A program made the position numbers and the translations under genes. Positions 51,495-64,000 of a DNA stretch of 64,000 bases are shown here, in pieces (positions within the stretch are counted from its first letter, which is position 1; the number at the start of each line of letters is the position of its first letter). Origin of the DNA: Vicugna vicugna (Eukaryota); contig MU057487.1 of the NCBI GenBank assembly GCA_013265495.1, forward strand, positions 558,001-622,000. Reading direction: 5' to 3'. The notes beneath the pieces were generated by a model, which was given only the letters and a program-made list of their open reading frames with translations, had not been told where the DNA came from and searched no databases.

Positions 51495-54400
51495 GTGAGT
51501 TATCCGACCCTGGTTTGCCTCCTTTGTCTCTCTTTGTCTCTCTCTCTGTTTTCTTCTACTTGACTAAGTCATGTTCTTCCATTTCCCCAATGTTTTTCAT
51601 TTCCTTTTGTAATCTTTTCTTTTTTTCAAATCTCACATTTGGTTGCAGTAGGCATGTAGTACTAAAGGTTTTCTTTGTTTCCATTTCTTTGAAAGAGCAA
51701 GAAGCATGAAGCAGCAACCAGCTGGGTATATGTTTATTCTTACCTAGAATTGGCAGCTTCCTTTCAGCCTCCAGCATTTTCCTTCCACATGGGGCCCCTC
51801 CTGTGAAGCATGAGCACATCTCTGGGGTCTGGTCAGAGATACAAGCTCTAGTTCTAATTCCTAGTTTTGATTATGGTTGGAGATAGTTTCTGATTTATCT
51901 TTATCACTCTGAAGTCACACCGTTACTCATCTGGGTCAGAGAGGAAGGAAATTAAGGACCTAGGGAAATTTGACTCTCAAAATTTGACTGCACCTACACA
52001 CCAAGTATGTCCCGAAATAAGTTCCCTTAAGCAACTGTCTGACCATGCCCCTCTTATTTCTTGAACTTTCATGTGTATTATAAACTTCCATAATACTCCT
52101 CATGAATTGACCTATCTCTACTACAAGGTCATGATTAGAACGGCTTCTTAACCATAAAGCACCTAATGAAATAAGGAACCAGATAAAGGTAAAGAGCCCC
52201 AAACTTGAGAAGCAGCATGAGCATCAAAGTCCAGATTATTTCTATTTTGGTAATTCTTCTGAGCAATTTATGTAATACACACATTCCTGTCTTCTTCCTG
52301 GTCTGTTTTGCAAAGAAGCATATGCTAAAATTTGCATGCATCATCTATCTCTGAGACCCATGAAAACAGATTTCATGTCACATTTACATCTTCTAAAATA
52401 ACGTGAATGCTTGACGTTCTAATGGTAATTGAATTATCCAAAAATTAAACAGTTTTCCCCAGTAGTAGGATTAATTCTACTTTTTGAAACAGTCCTTTTA
52501 AAGTGAAGAATTTTAGTAGTAATAATTGTGACATATACATTGTTGTATAACTAGTCTGTTCACCTGCACGAGTCAGCAAGGTTTATGAGCTTGAGGGGGA
52601 TGGATATTATTTTCCCTGCTTTTGTAGGTGAGGACACAAAGTCACTGTGGATTCGTGTGATTCTCAAGTAAATTCCACTTTGTTAGCCATTCTTTACCTA
52701 AGTGTTAACTGACATGAAATTGTTCATCTAAACACATGTCAAAAAATCTGCATGCCTTAAACGTCTGGGTTCTGGTCAAGCAGAACCATGGGCATCTTTT
52801 ACAGAAATCATAGAATTGGTTTGAAGATCAGATGAGGGAGTCTATGGGAAAATATATTTTTGAAGTCCACCAAGTTTTATCATTATTTCAAAGACATCCC
52901 TAAATTTTTCAGCAAAGATGAAGACAATCATTTACATCTACTTCTTGCTTTATCAATTTCCAGTTCTTTATGAGATGCTAATCATAAAAGTTGCTTAGTC
53001 ATTTTTTAATTCCCTTGCCCTGATTTTTATGCTAGCCAACATCCCCTCAGTTCCAGCCTCCTGGCAGGGAGTTATCAGCAAGCACGAAAGCAAAACAACA
53101 GTGCCATGAAATGAGAGATAAAATAGACCACAGCCACAGAGTCCAGATGCACAATGGCGTCATGACAATTATCACTGAGAGGGGAGGACTGAGAGGAAAC
53201 AAAATGAAAAGAAGGGAGAAAAACGCTCTTAAAACTAGAATGTTTTTAGAGACTAAGAGATTTCCTTTATCCCATCCCGTATAGCTTTATGAAGTTTCCA
53301 TTCCATCATCCACCATGACGGAGCTCCATGTTTTCTGACTTTATTATGGGCCCTCAGAAGCTTTCATATGATTTTTTGGTCATGAGTCATTTCTGAAAGC
53401 TGTTTTTCTAACCATTAATGAGAAGAGAGAACCTATATGATCAAGTTTCTTGTGCTGATCCTCAGGAATATGCATATTGGCAGCTCTCGCAATGGTTCTG
53501 TGTACAGACCGATATGGGCACTTGTCCATGAGAACAGCGACTAATCATTAGTGCACACTGCTTGGCTGCTGGGATAGAATGAAGTTGGCTTATCATTTCC
53601 ACAGTAGCCAGGTATTATGTATATGCTGATTATCATCTCACACTTGGGACTGCTTTCCTTAGAAGTTGAGAATATTCTCTTTATTATTTAATGAATTTAG
53701 AAGTCAATTTCATTTGGAATCATGCTTTTGAGAGAAAAATCAGCATGGTCTGAATTAGACTGGTTGTCTAGGAAGCACTGTTTTACCAGTTAATGCATTG
53801 CTCAGCTGTTAGCTGTGATTTATCAAGTACTGTCCGATTATTACTTTAATTCTAATTAGTAACTCTAACATGACACTTTCTTAGTACAATTGGTACCTTA
53901 GTACAATTCGTAGCTGTGTGGTGCACCTTGGACTTTACCACACAGCTGAGCTGAGCCACAGAAGGTATCTGAGGCTAAACTTCTGTGGAGAAAAACCATT
54001 TATTTACTCATTTTTCTCACTTACTTTGCTGTTGCTTCTCTTGTAACTCTGTGAGACTGTAATTTTTAAATATAACAATAATCTCAGTGCCTATATTTTT
54101 ACCTTTTTATTGCTATTTTATGATTTCCTGGTTTGTCTCCAAAGTTCCAAAAACCACAAACAATCTAATATTTTCTACAGCAACAAAAATCTAGAAGAGT
54201 TTTGCCAACTGAAGCAAGGGGCTGAAAACTCTGGAGAACACATCACCCAATGAGTTTATCACCATTCTGGATGTGTAATCCCTGCGTTTATGGTGCACTG
54301 TGGGTGTTCGGCAGTCTGCATATGTAGCTATAAACACAGAACAGATGCTGTAATGAAGAGCTTCCAACTGATCTATCTGTTTGAATATTATTCTGAGAAG

Positions 54401-55669
54401 TTGCAAGTCCAACTGCATTCTCATAACAGCCTGCTTCTGAGTACATGAGAGGGATGATGTTGTGTGTCTGTTTTTGCAAAGTTGACTTCCAATTGTCCAC
54501 AGCCAGATTCCAATTATTCACAGCCAGATATCTGACACAACCAAAGGTTTGAGCACTTGCATTTACATTTTCTGAAATGTAGTTTAGGAGGAATTTAATC
54601 AATAAATTGGATATTTGAATCACTTGAGTTACTTATAGTTAGAAATCCCATTAGGCATAATCCTACCATGGAAGATCGACTGAATAACACAATTATCTTT
54701 GATGTCTTTATTACCGTTAGCTGTTAATTTAACGTATTTAATGGGAAAATAGGCCTAACCTAACATAAAGATATTGGTTAAATTCTCTTTCTTGGCAATA
54801 GGAGAAACATAGAAATCCACAGACATTTATAATTAAACAAATAATTTAGATACACGTTACTTATCACTTCCTTTTAAAGCAAAATGAGTTAATGTTATGC
54901 AATTGAAAAATTAAAACATTATGTAAATGATGTGCCTTCTTTGAGAAATATGTATATCAATGGCTAAATGTCAAAGTAACATTTCTACTTGTTTTTTGGA
55001 TAAATAACCTTAGTGAGTGCCAAACAGTTTGAGGGCACATGGAGCTGAAATGTGACAAACACTTCTATGACTTTTTGCATGCATAACTTCATGCAAAACT
55101 AAAAACAACTACAATCACAAAAAAAGTAATCAGATTGATGCAAGGAAGTAATTTTAAAACACAAGTTTCTAAGTAAGTAGAATATTTGTATGTTTCTGTG
55201 ATTGTTTCTTAAGCATTTGAATACATGGTTTTAGTGACTGCAAAAGCTAAGTGAAATACTAAATGGAATGATACTCTGAGGGAATTTTCTTCTTGGTCTG
55301 CTAGAAAAAAAAATTTTTTTTTTTTGTCCACAAGAAGAGGTAAGTAGGCCGGCAGTATTAGTGATTATGCCCTGGGTAAGCGTCACAATTAGTCTTTCGT
55401 CCTTTGATTATGCAAGGAAATATGACAGCGTGCCAACAGACATAATAATCAAACAGATAACATGTTCTCCTTCACAGAAAGAACTCATTCATTATTCTAG
55501 CTGGTAAAGGAGAAAAGCTGTCATTTTAAAATAATTTTTCCCTTAATCATACAATCAATGGCTTTAAAGTCATTGTAATTTTCCACTTGATTTTATAGTA
55601 AATATCAGAATTTTATTGAGTAACTGTCACAGAGTTTCGCTACTTGAGAGTAACATTTGTGGTGCATCT

Positions 55670-56905
55670 ATGGTTTATTCTTTCACATATTCAATCAATT
55701 ATTGTTTCAACAGTAACATATGCTTCGTAAGAATACTTAGGTACTTGATATGGTGCTGGATAATATTTTGGATAAAAAAAGATGTAAGAGGCAGGCATGG
55801 ACTGCATCAATCTTGCAATATAGTAAGGGAGACACTCACAAGTATAACTAAATATACTGGGTTAGATGCCATAATAGAGAACCAATATGACATTTTGAGT
55901 GTCCGGGGAAGAAAGAGATCAAGTCCAACTAAATGCAGTAGTGTCTGTGGAAGGCTGGGGAAAAGCTGCTTAATAAAAGCAGCATTTGAACTTAACCTCA
56001 AAGGATGTTTTTCAACAAAAGTAACTGTGCTATGAAGAGACCATTTCACATGTAGAAAAGAGTATAAGTGAAGATTTAGAAATGTTAATGCACTTTTTGG
56101 GCCACAATATGGAATCTGTTATGAAAAGTACATGGAGAGGTATAGTGCTGGGTAAATTTAAAATGCAGGAAGAGGACAGATTATAGATAATGATGAATTT
56201 TCTAAGAAGTAATTGGATACTTTTTAGATAAACTACAAGATGCATTAACAATTTTTGTGAAGTTTTATGATCATGTGTAAGCTTTATGGGAAGAGATTGA
56301 CTGTAGAAAGACTAGTTAACAGTGTTACGATAATCAAAATGACAGTTTAAAAATAAAAGGCTTAAACTAGAGCAGTGAAATAAAAGTCAAATCCCAAGTA
56401 TGCTTATGAAAACGTTTTCTGAACTTAAGTCATCAGAACTGGATTATTGATTTTGAGAGAGGAAGAAACGAATGAACAATAGAGTGCAGCTCTCATGATT
56501 TGAGTTTGGGTAACTGGAAAAAAAACAGCAACTACCAGAACGTCTGACAGGGAATACAGGACTAGGACTGGGGAAGTGTTGATAAGGTGGGGTTCAGACC
56601 TATCAACTGAAAATTCTGTAAAGGCATTCAAATAGAGGTATCCATAAGGTATTTTAAAATTTAAGTCAGGAGCTCAAGAGAAAGATCTGAGCCAGAACTC
56701 TAGATTTGAGGCTTAATTGTCAGAATATTTAAAGTGGCCCAAAGAGTGATTATGACATAAGAAAAGAAAGTGGGAGGAAGAGCGTTAGGGAACACTTAGA
56801 TTTAAGAGATACGATAAATAAAGAAAATCTGAAGGCAATAAACAAAAGGAAATTTAAAAAATAGGGGACACAGGGGGATTGCAGCGTCAAGGAAACCGAG
56901 GAGAC
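55670..56905 (-). mobile_element. Degraded LINE-2
   Basis: Begins with a reverse L2 3' end (cacatattcaatcaattattg...ggtgctgga) and continues with gcatttgaacttaacctcaaaggatg, atttgagtttgggtaactgga and ggagctcaagagaaagatctgagc motifs. Appears to resume after the MLT1 at 57326. Confidence 0.6.
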
Positions 56906-57325
56906 TGCATTTTAATCTGCCATACTCTGTTGCCATAGTAAAATCCCACAGGCTGGGTGACTTAAATGATGGGCATTTATCTCCTCACAGTTCTGGAGGC
57001 TGGAAGTCCAAGATCAGGGTGCCAGCATGGTTGAGTTCTGGTAAGACCTCTCCCTTTGTGTTGCAGACAGCTGCCTTCTAGCTGAGTGCTCACATGACCA
57101 ATTTTCTGTGCAAGTGTGGAGCATAAAGAGGCAGAGAAGGGGAAAGGAGGGAGAGGGAGCTGTCTGGTGTCTCTTCTTATAAGAGCACTAATGCGGACCC
57201 CATTCTCATGACTTCATCTGATTCTAATTACCTCCCAAAGGCTCCAACTCCTAATGCCGTCACAGTGAGGGGTTAAGATGTCAGCACAGGAATTGGAGGG
57301 GGACACAACCGTTCAGCCCATAACA
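56906..57325 (-). mobile_element. MaLR solo LTR (MLT1A-like) inserted in L2
   Basis: cacaggctgggtgacttaaa...ctcacagttctggaggctggaagtccaagatcagggtgccagcatggttgagttctggt...taattacctcccaaaggc...ggggacacaaccgttcagcccataaca. Confidence 0.85.
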
Positions 57326-59879
57326 GATGGTTTCAAGAAGAAAGAACCTGGGATCCTTGGGATCCCCAAGGGTGGAGACTCTCTGGTTACCCTGGAGTGA
57401 TTTCAGTGGTGTGATATGGTTAGAATTGTTATTGCAGTAAGTTGAGGAGTTTGTCATTAAAGGAATTAAGAAGTTTAGATAGTATTTAAGGAGGCCAGGT
57501 AAAAGGGAAGAGTTGTATATTAGAGGAGAAATTTAAGCTCACTTGTAATATCTGAGAAAGGAGCCGACAGAGAAAGAAAAATTGAAACTGTAAGCTTGAG
57601 ATCATATGGTTCATGCTGGGCAGCCTGACCCAGAACCGTGCCGTTTGCAGCAGAGCCGTTCGACATCAGTTGACAACTCTCATAATGAAGTGCCGGCTCT
57701 GAAGGGTGTGCTGGCTGAGGTCGATGCTGGTCCTCCCTTTGCTGCATACGTGCTGCTTGAGGTTAAAATAAAAAGATGGAAAATCAAGCTGGGAACTTGG
57801 AGGAATTTTAATTAAAGTCCAAAACCACAACCCTTACTACTGATTTTATCAGATCTCTGGGCTTACAAACATTGATTGTCAGATTTGAGACGAGACCCAT
57901 GAGGAAAAAGCTGAGAAAGTAAGGTGTGCTTTCCTGGAATTATGGGTGGAGCTGGAGGATTCGCAGTTCATAAATACAGATTTCTAGCAGAAGAGAGAAG
58001 GGTGTTGTGTATTCAGAGCCAGACTCAGTTGAGAATAAAACGAGTACCGTTATTCAGCTGTGATTGGAAGAGGTTAGAAATCAAAATCCTTGGCTCTCCT
58101 CCTGACAGCCAGTTGTAAGGCCTGAGTCTGCAGCATGAGGGTGTTTTGTTTGGGGGAGAGCCTTCTGCCCCCTGAAAAAGCAAGCTGAAATGCCTTCACT
58201 CCCTGAAAGATGTAACACTTTATGACCTAAAAGCACATTAGCCACAATTTAGAGTGGAAGTAGATAAGTAAGGAAGTTGTGTGTTGAGGAGTTGTGGCCA
58301 TGAGAAGCCACCTTCAGAGGCTTAAGTGCCGGGAAGGGAAGAAAATGACACAAGGACAAGGGGGGACGGACACAACTTGTCCCCCAGCAGGCGCAGCAGA
58401 TTTGCCGTCACCATTATTTCCTTGGTTTTTCCCTGTTGTCAGTAACATACTCATTCTGCAAATAACAGAAAAAGCTACTTTTAATACTCATATTTTATGT
58501 TTTCAAGTTCTATACTGAGACTGTGCAGCACAGATTACGTTATAGCTTCAAAAAGAACATAATTCATTTTGAGTATAGGTCACCTTTTATATTTCTTTCA
58601 AATTCAGACAAACTCGCCTGACTGATACATATTCAAGTTCTCAAACTTAATATTTTATTCTCCTGTGTTTATAATATGTAGTTTCTAAACTGAATTCAGA
58701 AATATTCCATATGAGTCTCCGTAATGGTCCATAGAACACCATCAAACAAATAAAAAACTGAAGCTTGGAAAGCTCAAGGCCATTTTTACAAGAGGGAGAA
58801 ATGAGACTAAAATCATTGTTCTCTGGGTAAAATCATTTATTTTCTATCACTTTAAAATATAATTTTAAGCACTTTTATGTCTGTTACCTCAATAATGCAT
58901 TCATTCATTCATGCATTCATGCAATAAAATGAATAAGACATAGAGGCTGCCCTCAAGAAGTTCATAGTTTATTGATATAACACACCGTTACAATAAAATC
59001 TGGCGAGTGAAATGGTAGGAAATGGTACAATGTAGTGATTCAAGTGGGCAGGTAGACTCAGAGTCAGAAGGGTATCGAGGCTGGGTTTGTTATTTTTGCA
59101 AGATCCTGCTCTTTGTGACAGATGCTGTTCTTCCTGGTTCCCCTCTATGTAACAGTCACCAGTTAAATGAAAGAAACCATCAGAGGACACAATGTAGGCC
59201 TGCAGGCTAGAGCTGACCATGCATGTTCTTAGATCAGAAGAACAAAGCCTTTAGGCTCATTAATTAAAACTCGTTGGCCTCCAGTTACAGAAGACAATCT
59301 GAGCTAGCCTAAGCAAATTTATTTTCCTTTTGTATAAAGCGATGGGAAAATTTATGCAACGTGTAGCACAGTGCCTAGCATATAGTAAAATCTCAATAAC
59401 TGTTAGCTAGTGACATTAAGGTTATGGAAGAAAATAGGGGAGGAGGTATGGAAGCTCATATACTAACATAAAACTCGACATACCTCTTCATGTAAAGAGA
59501 GTTCTATGCATCATTACTATCAGCTCATAATACCCACACTGACTAGAAGGGAGGAGCTGTGTGTCTGCTGAAAGTCAAGGCATGTGTGTGCTACTCAGTG
59601 TGAGACGTGTGAGGAAGGACACCCTGTTTGACATGACTTGGCAACCTGTCCATGCTTGGCCACACCTAAAGAAAGATGAGATCATTTGCATTCCATCTGT
59701 TAGCTTTAGTGTCCAGTGTAAAGTGTTATCTACTCAGAAAAGAAGCGGGCCATGTAAGCAACATGTTTGTAAAGCTAGTTTAAGCACAAAAATACTACCA
59801 GCCTGCACAGCAAAGAAATTGTGAAGAAAGTGCCAGTGAATTTGTGAATTTGGAAGCTTTCAATCATGAGAACAGTGCT

Positions 59880-60700
59880 TATAGGTTCATTAATTAGAAC
59901 TCTTTGGCTGCAAGTTATAGAAGCCAATTTAAGCTAGCTTAAGCAAGAAGAGGTGAAATATTTAATAGCAAAAAACATAAGGAATGAGTTCAGATATCTG
60001 TGGTAACAAGGTTTGGAATGCTTCTGGGCCACCTCGGGCTCCTAAGGAAAAAGGTTCCAGGCCTCTGCGACATCTCCTGGCTCCCTGCAAGCCTCCTCAT
60101 CTTCTTCCCTTACGTCTGCTTTCTCCATTTCTTGGGCCTCATGCTTGTCCGAAGACAACCATCCCAGGTCTCCTGAATTTACATGTTCTTATAGGTCCAT
60201 TACCAAAGAAACTGTTTCACAGACCTGCAAACATAGTAAACAATCTTATGGTTATCAGGGAAAGGCAGTGGGAAGGGATACATTTGGGAGTTTGAGTCAA
60301 TTTGCAAATGTTAACCACTATATATAAAAATAGATAAAAAATAAATTTCTTCTGTATAGCATGGGGAACCATATTCAATATCTTGTAATAACCTCTAATG
60401 AAAAAGAATGTGAAAACGAATATATGTATATCTATGCATGACAAAGATATTATGCTGTGCACCAGAAATTGACACATTGTAACTGATTGTATTTTAATTT
60501 AAAAAAAGAATGCATTTAAAGCAATCAACCTCCCCTCCAAAAAAGACTGCTTCAATTCCCTTGACCCATGTGGTTCTACCGAACACAAACAGAAACTAAC
60601 TAGCTCAGCCTGACTCGGGTGTCTATCCAAAGTCAAGAAGATGGTAGACAAATGGTGGAGTCACAGAGTATAAAACTGTCTTCCAGGGGCCCAACGCTCC
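59880..60700 (-). mobile_element. Old MaLR LTR (MLT1J/K-like), interrupted by L1
   Basis: attagaactctttggctgcaagttatagaagccaatttaagctagcttaagcaa is a typical reverse MLT1 end; a related end lies at about 59258-59320. Right boundary uncertain. Confidence 0.5.
60220..60510 (+). mobile_element. 5'-truncated lineage-specific L1 3' UTR (camelid-like)
   Basis: acatagtaaacaatcttatggttatcagggaaagg...tttgggagtttgag...ctgtatagcatggggaaccatattcaatatcttgtaataacc...tatgctgtgcaccagaaattgacacattgtaactga followed by an A-tail. Confidence 0.85.
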
Positions 60701-62049
60701 TGTCCTATGTGGGTTAATTCAGGGAGGCAGTTCGCAGAGAAGGGGGTGTGATTGTGGCATGAGCAGAAGCCCTGCAGGTATCTACCCCAGAGTAATTCCT
60801 TCTCCCTCCCACCCCCCATCCTTGTTCTTGGCATCTGAGTAAGTCACTTCTAAGCACCAGCGTTTTATATTTAGAAAGATTGACAAAAAGAAACTTCAAA
60901 ATCTCCAGGTGGCTAACCAGTCAGCCAAATAATCACGTCTATGCAAAATATCAGTGACTATTACAAACTCCAGTAGATACACTGATGGAGGGGAGAGAAA
61001 ACGCCGTTGCTCTGGCGTTTACTACGAAGGGGTGAGATGTAGAATCAAACAAGTTTAACAGCTAGTCCTCGTCCCGGCCACTTTTTTAGAGAATCCTGGC
61101 TATGAAATGCTTCTCAGTTGCCTCAAGATGAACAGAGAGGAGGGAAAAGATGTTTCGTTTTTAAAGAAACGTGGATCATGAAGACGTTGTTTTCTGAATG
61201 AATTAAAATATATCATAAATTATAAGCCAACAATCGAACATTACTTATGGTTAACACTGGTTAATAGAATAGAAAAAAAATCAGCAAATATTTAGGCAAG
61301 TTAACCCCAAAATAGGTCTGTAAATCTGATTTTATTTCAGAGGGGTAAGGGAGATCTCGTATAACTGAAGGCAACTTAACAATACCCTTTATGCAGATTA
61401 TCTTCAAGATAAGCGAGGCGTCTGCTGCTAACAAAATTAGGCCAAGTCCTTAGTGACGCTGCTAAACTATTAGAAACAACTGCTTAAAAGAAATCAATAA
61501 AGACAGAAACTACCTTCCTTCCCCTGATTTTCCAGTTATAAAAATGTACACTGTTATCTTGTTCCTAGTAAATGCTCTCAAACACCGTGGGAAGTATTAT
61601 GTAGGCTTGGCTGAGACCAGATCGTGGGAATTAATATCATTTTCCACTTGATTAAACTTTGTACTGCTTTTGTTTTTTGGCTTAGATGGGTAAGGGATGG
61701 GGAATAGGAAAAGTGTTAACAAAGGGGAAAAAAACCCAAAGACCTACACAATCAAAGTAGAATAAGAGAAGTCATGATAATGGGGCCACAAGGGTAGGAA
61801 TGAGGAGGCAGGAAGGATGGCTGTAGATCTGTCACTGGGCAGCTTTGTGACGTTGGCCACTGATTCTGTCAGTGTCTCACTGTAAGCCATACAATTGCAA
61901 GTAATTTTAGTAAGGTTTTGTTTAGCTCCAAGTGTTTGAAGTCAAAAGTTGTTTCAGGGCTGATCCTAGTACAAAATTACTTTTGCTCTGATAGTTAGAA
62001 TGGTCTCAAGGCCTGACACACCCCTTTTAAGGTTGGGAAGGGAAACAGT

Positions 62050-62290
62050 GGTGACTCATTCACTCAAGCACCTAATATGTGCTGGCCATTGGGAGAAGGG
62101 CAGGGAACACAGTGGTGAACAAAGCAGACCCAGGTCCTGCCTCTGTGGGAAACTGGAACCTGGCCAGGGGACCAGGCATTGAACATGTAATTACAGCTGC
62201 GGTGAGTGTTTGTGAGCATAAATACAAGGTGTTACGGGAGCGTTATTCAGATGATCTAACTGGTCCCAGGGTGCAGAGGCTGGAAACGTT
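62050..62290 (-). mobile_element. L2 3' end fragment
   Basis: actcattcactcaagcacctaatatgtgctggcca...gggaacacagtggtgaacaaagcagacccaggtcctgcc. Confidence 0.7.
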
Positions 62291-64000
62291 CCCAGAGAAG
62301 TATTATGCAGGCTCCGCTGAGACCACCTCCGCACAGAACTCGACAGCTTGGATCTCATCCTCCAAACAGTGCAAGGTCACCACAATCACAGAGCCGGTGG
62401 GGTCCACTGTGATTGGTGAGAAGGGTGCTTTGGAACGAGCAGTTTGCCCTCAGTGTGGAGAACTCGCAGGAAAGCAAGATGGGGCGTGGTGGGGGTGCTC
62501 TGGGAGGAGGATGCTGCAGGGTCCAGGTGGGGGATTATAGGGGTTTTGACAGTTTAGAGTGAATACGGGGAAATGCCTAAGAGGTAAAAATAAGAGTGAA
62601 AGTAAGGTTGTAAACAGAATGCAGAGTAAGTAGGGATATTCAGTCACTGCAGGGTTTTTTGGCTCCAAAGTCTATAGAATTTGAACGGTTACCAGAGTAA
62701 ATGTGTTCTCACATCTAAAATGTGATTGATCTACAAGAGAGCGAGACTGATCAGACACAAAAGCAGAAAAAAAGTAGTTAGTGAAACAAACGTTGGCAGT
62801 GGCTGTAGACCTTCCTGATGGGTTTAGGGGATGGTGACCTACAGGCTCTTTGAAAATTTAAGTCTAGATGACAAGGTGAGCCCTAGACCGAAAAGGATGA
62901 ATTAAACTATATTAACTTAATGTCATCAACTGTTTAAGTACTGAACCTTAAAACCGTCCAACCCTTCTTCTGATTCCCTGTGAGCAAGTAACTATCAATT
63001 ATCGTCTTCCCTATCTTCCCTATTTATAGGTCTATTTATGTATGTTTGGGTGTTCTAAATCCTGTACATTATTTCCCACTGCAAATGAAACTGGAATCTG
63101 GTATATAGCAATCTTATTACATGAACTTGTTTAATAGAAGTCTTACCCTGGATGATATATCATCCTTACTGGGCAGACAAAGGAAGTTCTGCTGTTGTAT
63201 TTACCTGGGTGGTGAGTGATGGGAAGAAGGACTGGAAGGCTGAGAACCAGATCCTGGTTGGTCCCTGGGAAGACACTTCCGTAGGAATGTGCACCTCTGT
63301 GGTCCATAGGCTCCCACCGTGTTTCTCACATTTGCCTTTCTACAGACTTCAGTTGCTATCTCTTTAACGGTGGAGATGAAAATACTCACTTTCTACTTAC
63401 CAGACTCTACTTGTGAACCCGCCATATTCATATGATGTAATATTGTTCTAAGACAGTGAATTATGCATCTGGTAGGTTTTAAGAAGTAACTTAAAATGAC
63501 TGTTCCATGGACGACGTATTATATCTGGTCTCTGCTTTTCTGGTCCAGGAATCTATAAACAACTCATGTATTATCATATACTACACATACATTTCCTTTA
63601 TCCCACAATAAGGATCCTAGTTCCCAAGGAAACAGATGATGGAATCAGAATATCTCATAAGTATATATTTATGTTATTCCACAATAGCCGTGGAAATGTC
63701 TAAGTGTAACAGCTCGTACTACCACTGTCAGTTAACTACTGGGAAGAGTTAAAACAAATTGTTTGCATACGATCTCTCCACCTCCCCATTTTAAAATAGT
63801 TTTACTGTATATCCATTTTCCGAGTATTGTCTCCAATATGTAGTTACAAATCTTTTTAAATTGTAGGAAAATTTTTTTGAATTATAGTCTTCAGTATTTG
63901 TTTCCCTGCTTTGGTTTTTTTTTTCTTTGAGGATACCTAACACCTATATGTTGAATCATCTTTGGCTGGCTTCAATATTTACACTGTTTTCTTTAATCAT

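Noticed and set aside
50595..51709. Overlapping alternative-frame and antisense ORFs across the 7TM exon (and similarly 21706-22087)
   Set aside because: Expected shadows of a GC3-rich coding exon; no independent homology recognised.
62079..62540. 153-aa ORF
   Set aside because: Starts inside an L2 remnant, uses a non-ATG start and has no recognisable domain.

Overview
This is mammalian genomic DNA lying entirely inside the GRM1 gene (metabotropic glutamate receptor 1, mGlu1, a class C GPCR) on the + strand. Four internal coding exons are present: 21695-21941 (247 nt), 26481-26649 (169 nt), 39500-39626 (127 nt, absent from the ORF track) and 50564-51494 (931 nt). All have canonical AG/GT ends and compatible phases. 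They encode the distal Venus-flytrap domain, the cysteine-rich domain, the 7TM domain and the start of the C-tail. The 5' exons and the terminal alpha/beta exons lie outside the window. The rest is AT-rich intron with eutherian repeats (L1M, L2, MIR, MaLR/ERVL LTRs, a MER96-like MITE) and a few young insertions. The young L1 3' ends resemble camelid L1 families and I saw no Alu, Bov-tA, PRE-1 or Can-SINE, so a camelid source is likely (inference from recalled consensus). I found no evidence of a wholly new biological system. The best leads are: a near-perfect 319/320-bp tandem duplication just upstream of the exon carrying Met410 (reported start of truncated taste-mGluR1); an intact sense-oriented solo LTR with a 104-bp enhancer-like repeat; a splice junction that regenerates a 5' splice site; a tail-less internal L1 fragment flanked by a 10-bp direct repeat; and a candidate poly(A)-only insertion. 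Repeat family names and old-repeat boundaries are by eye and approximate.
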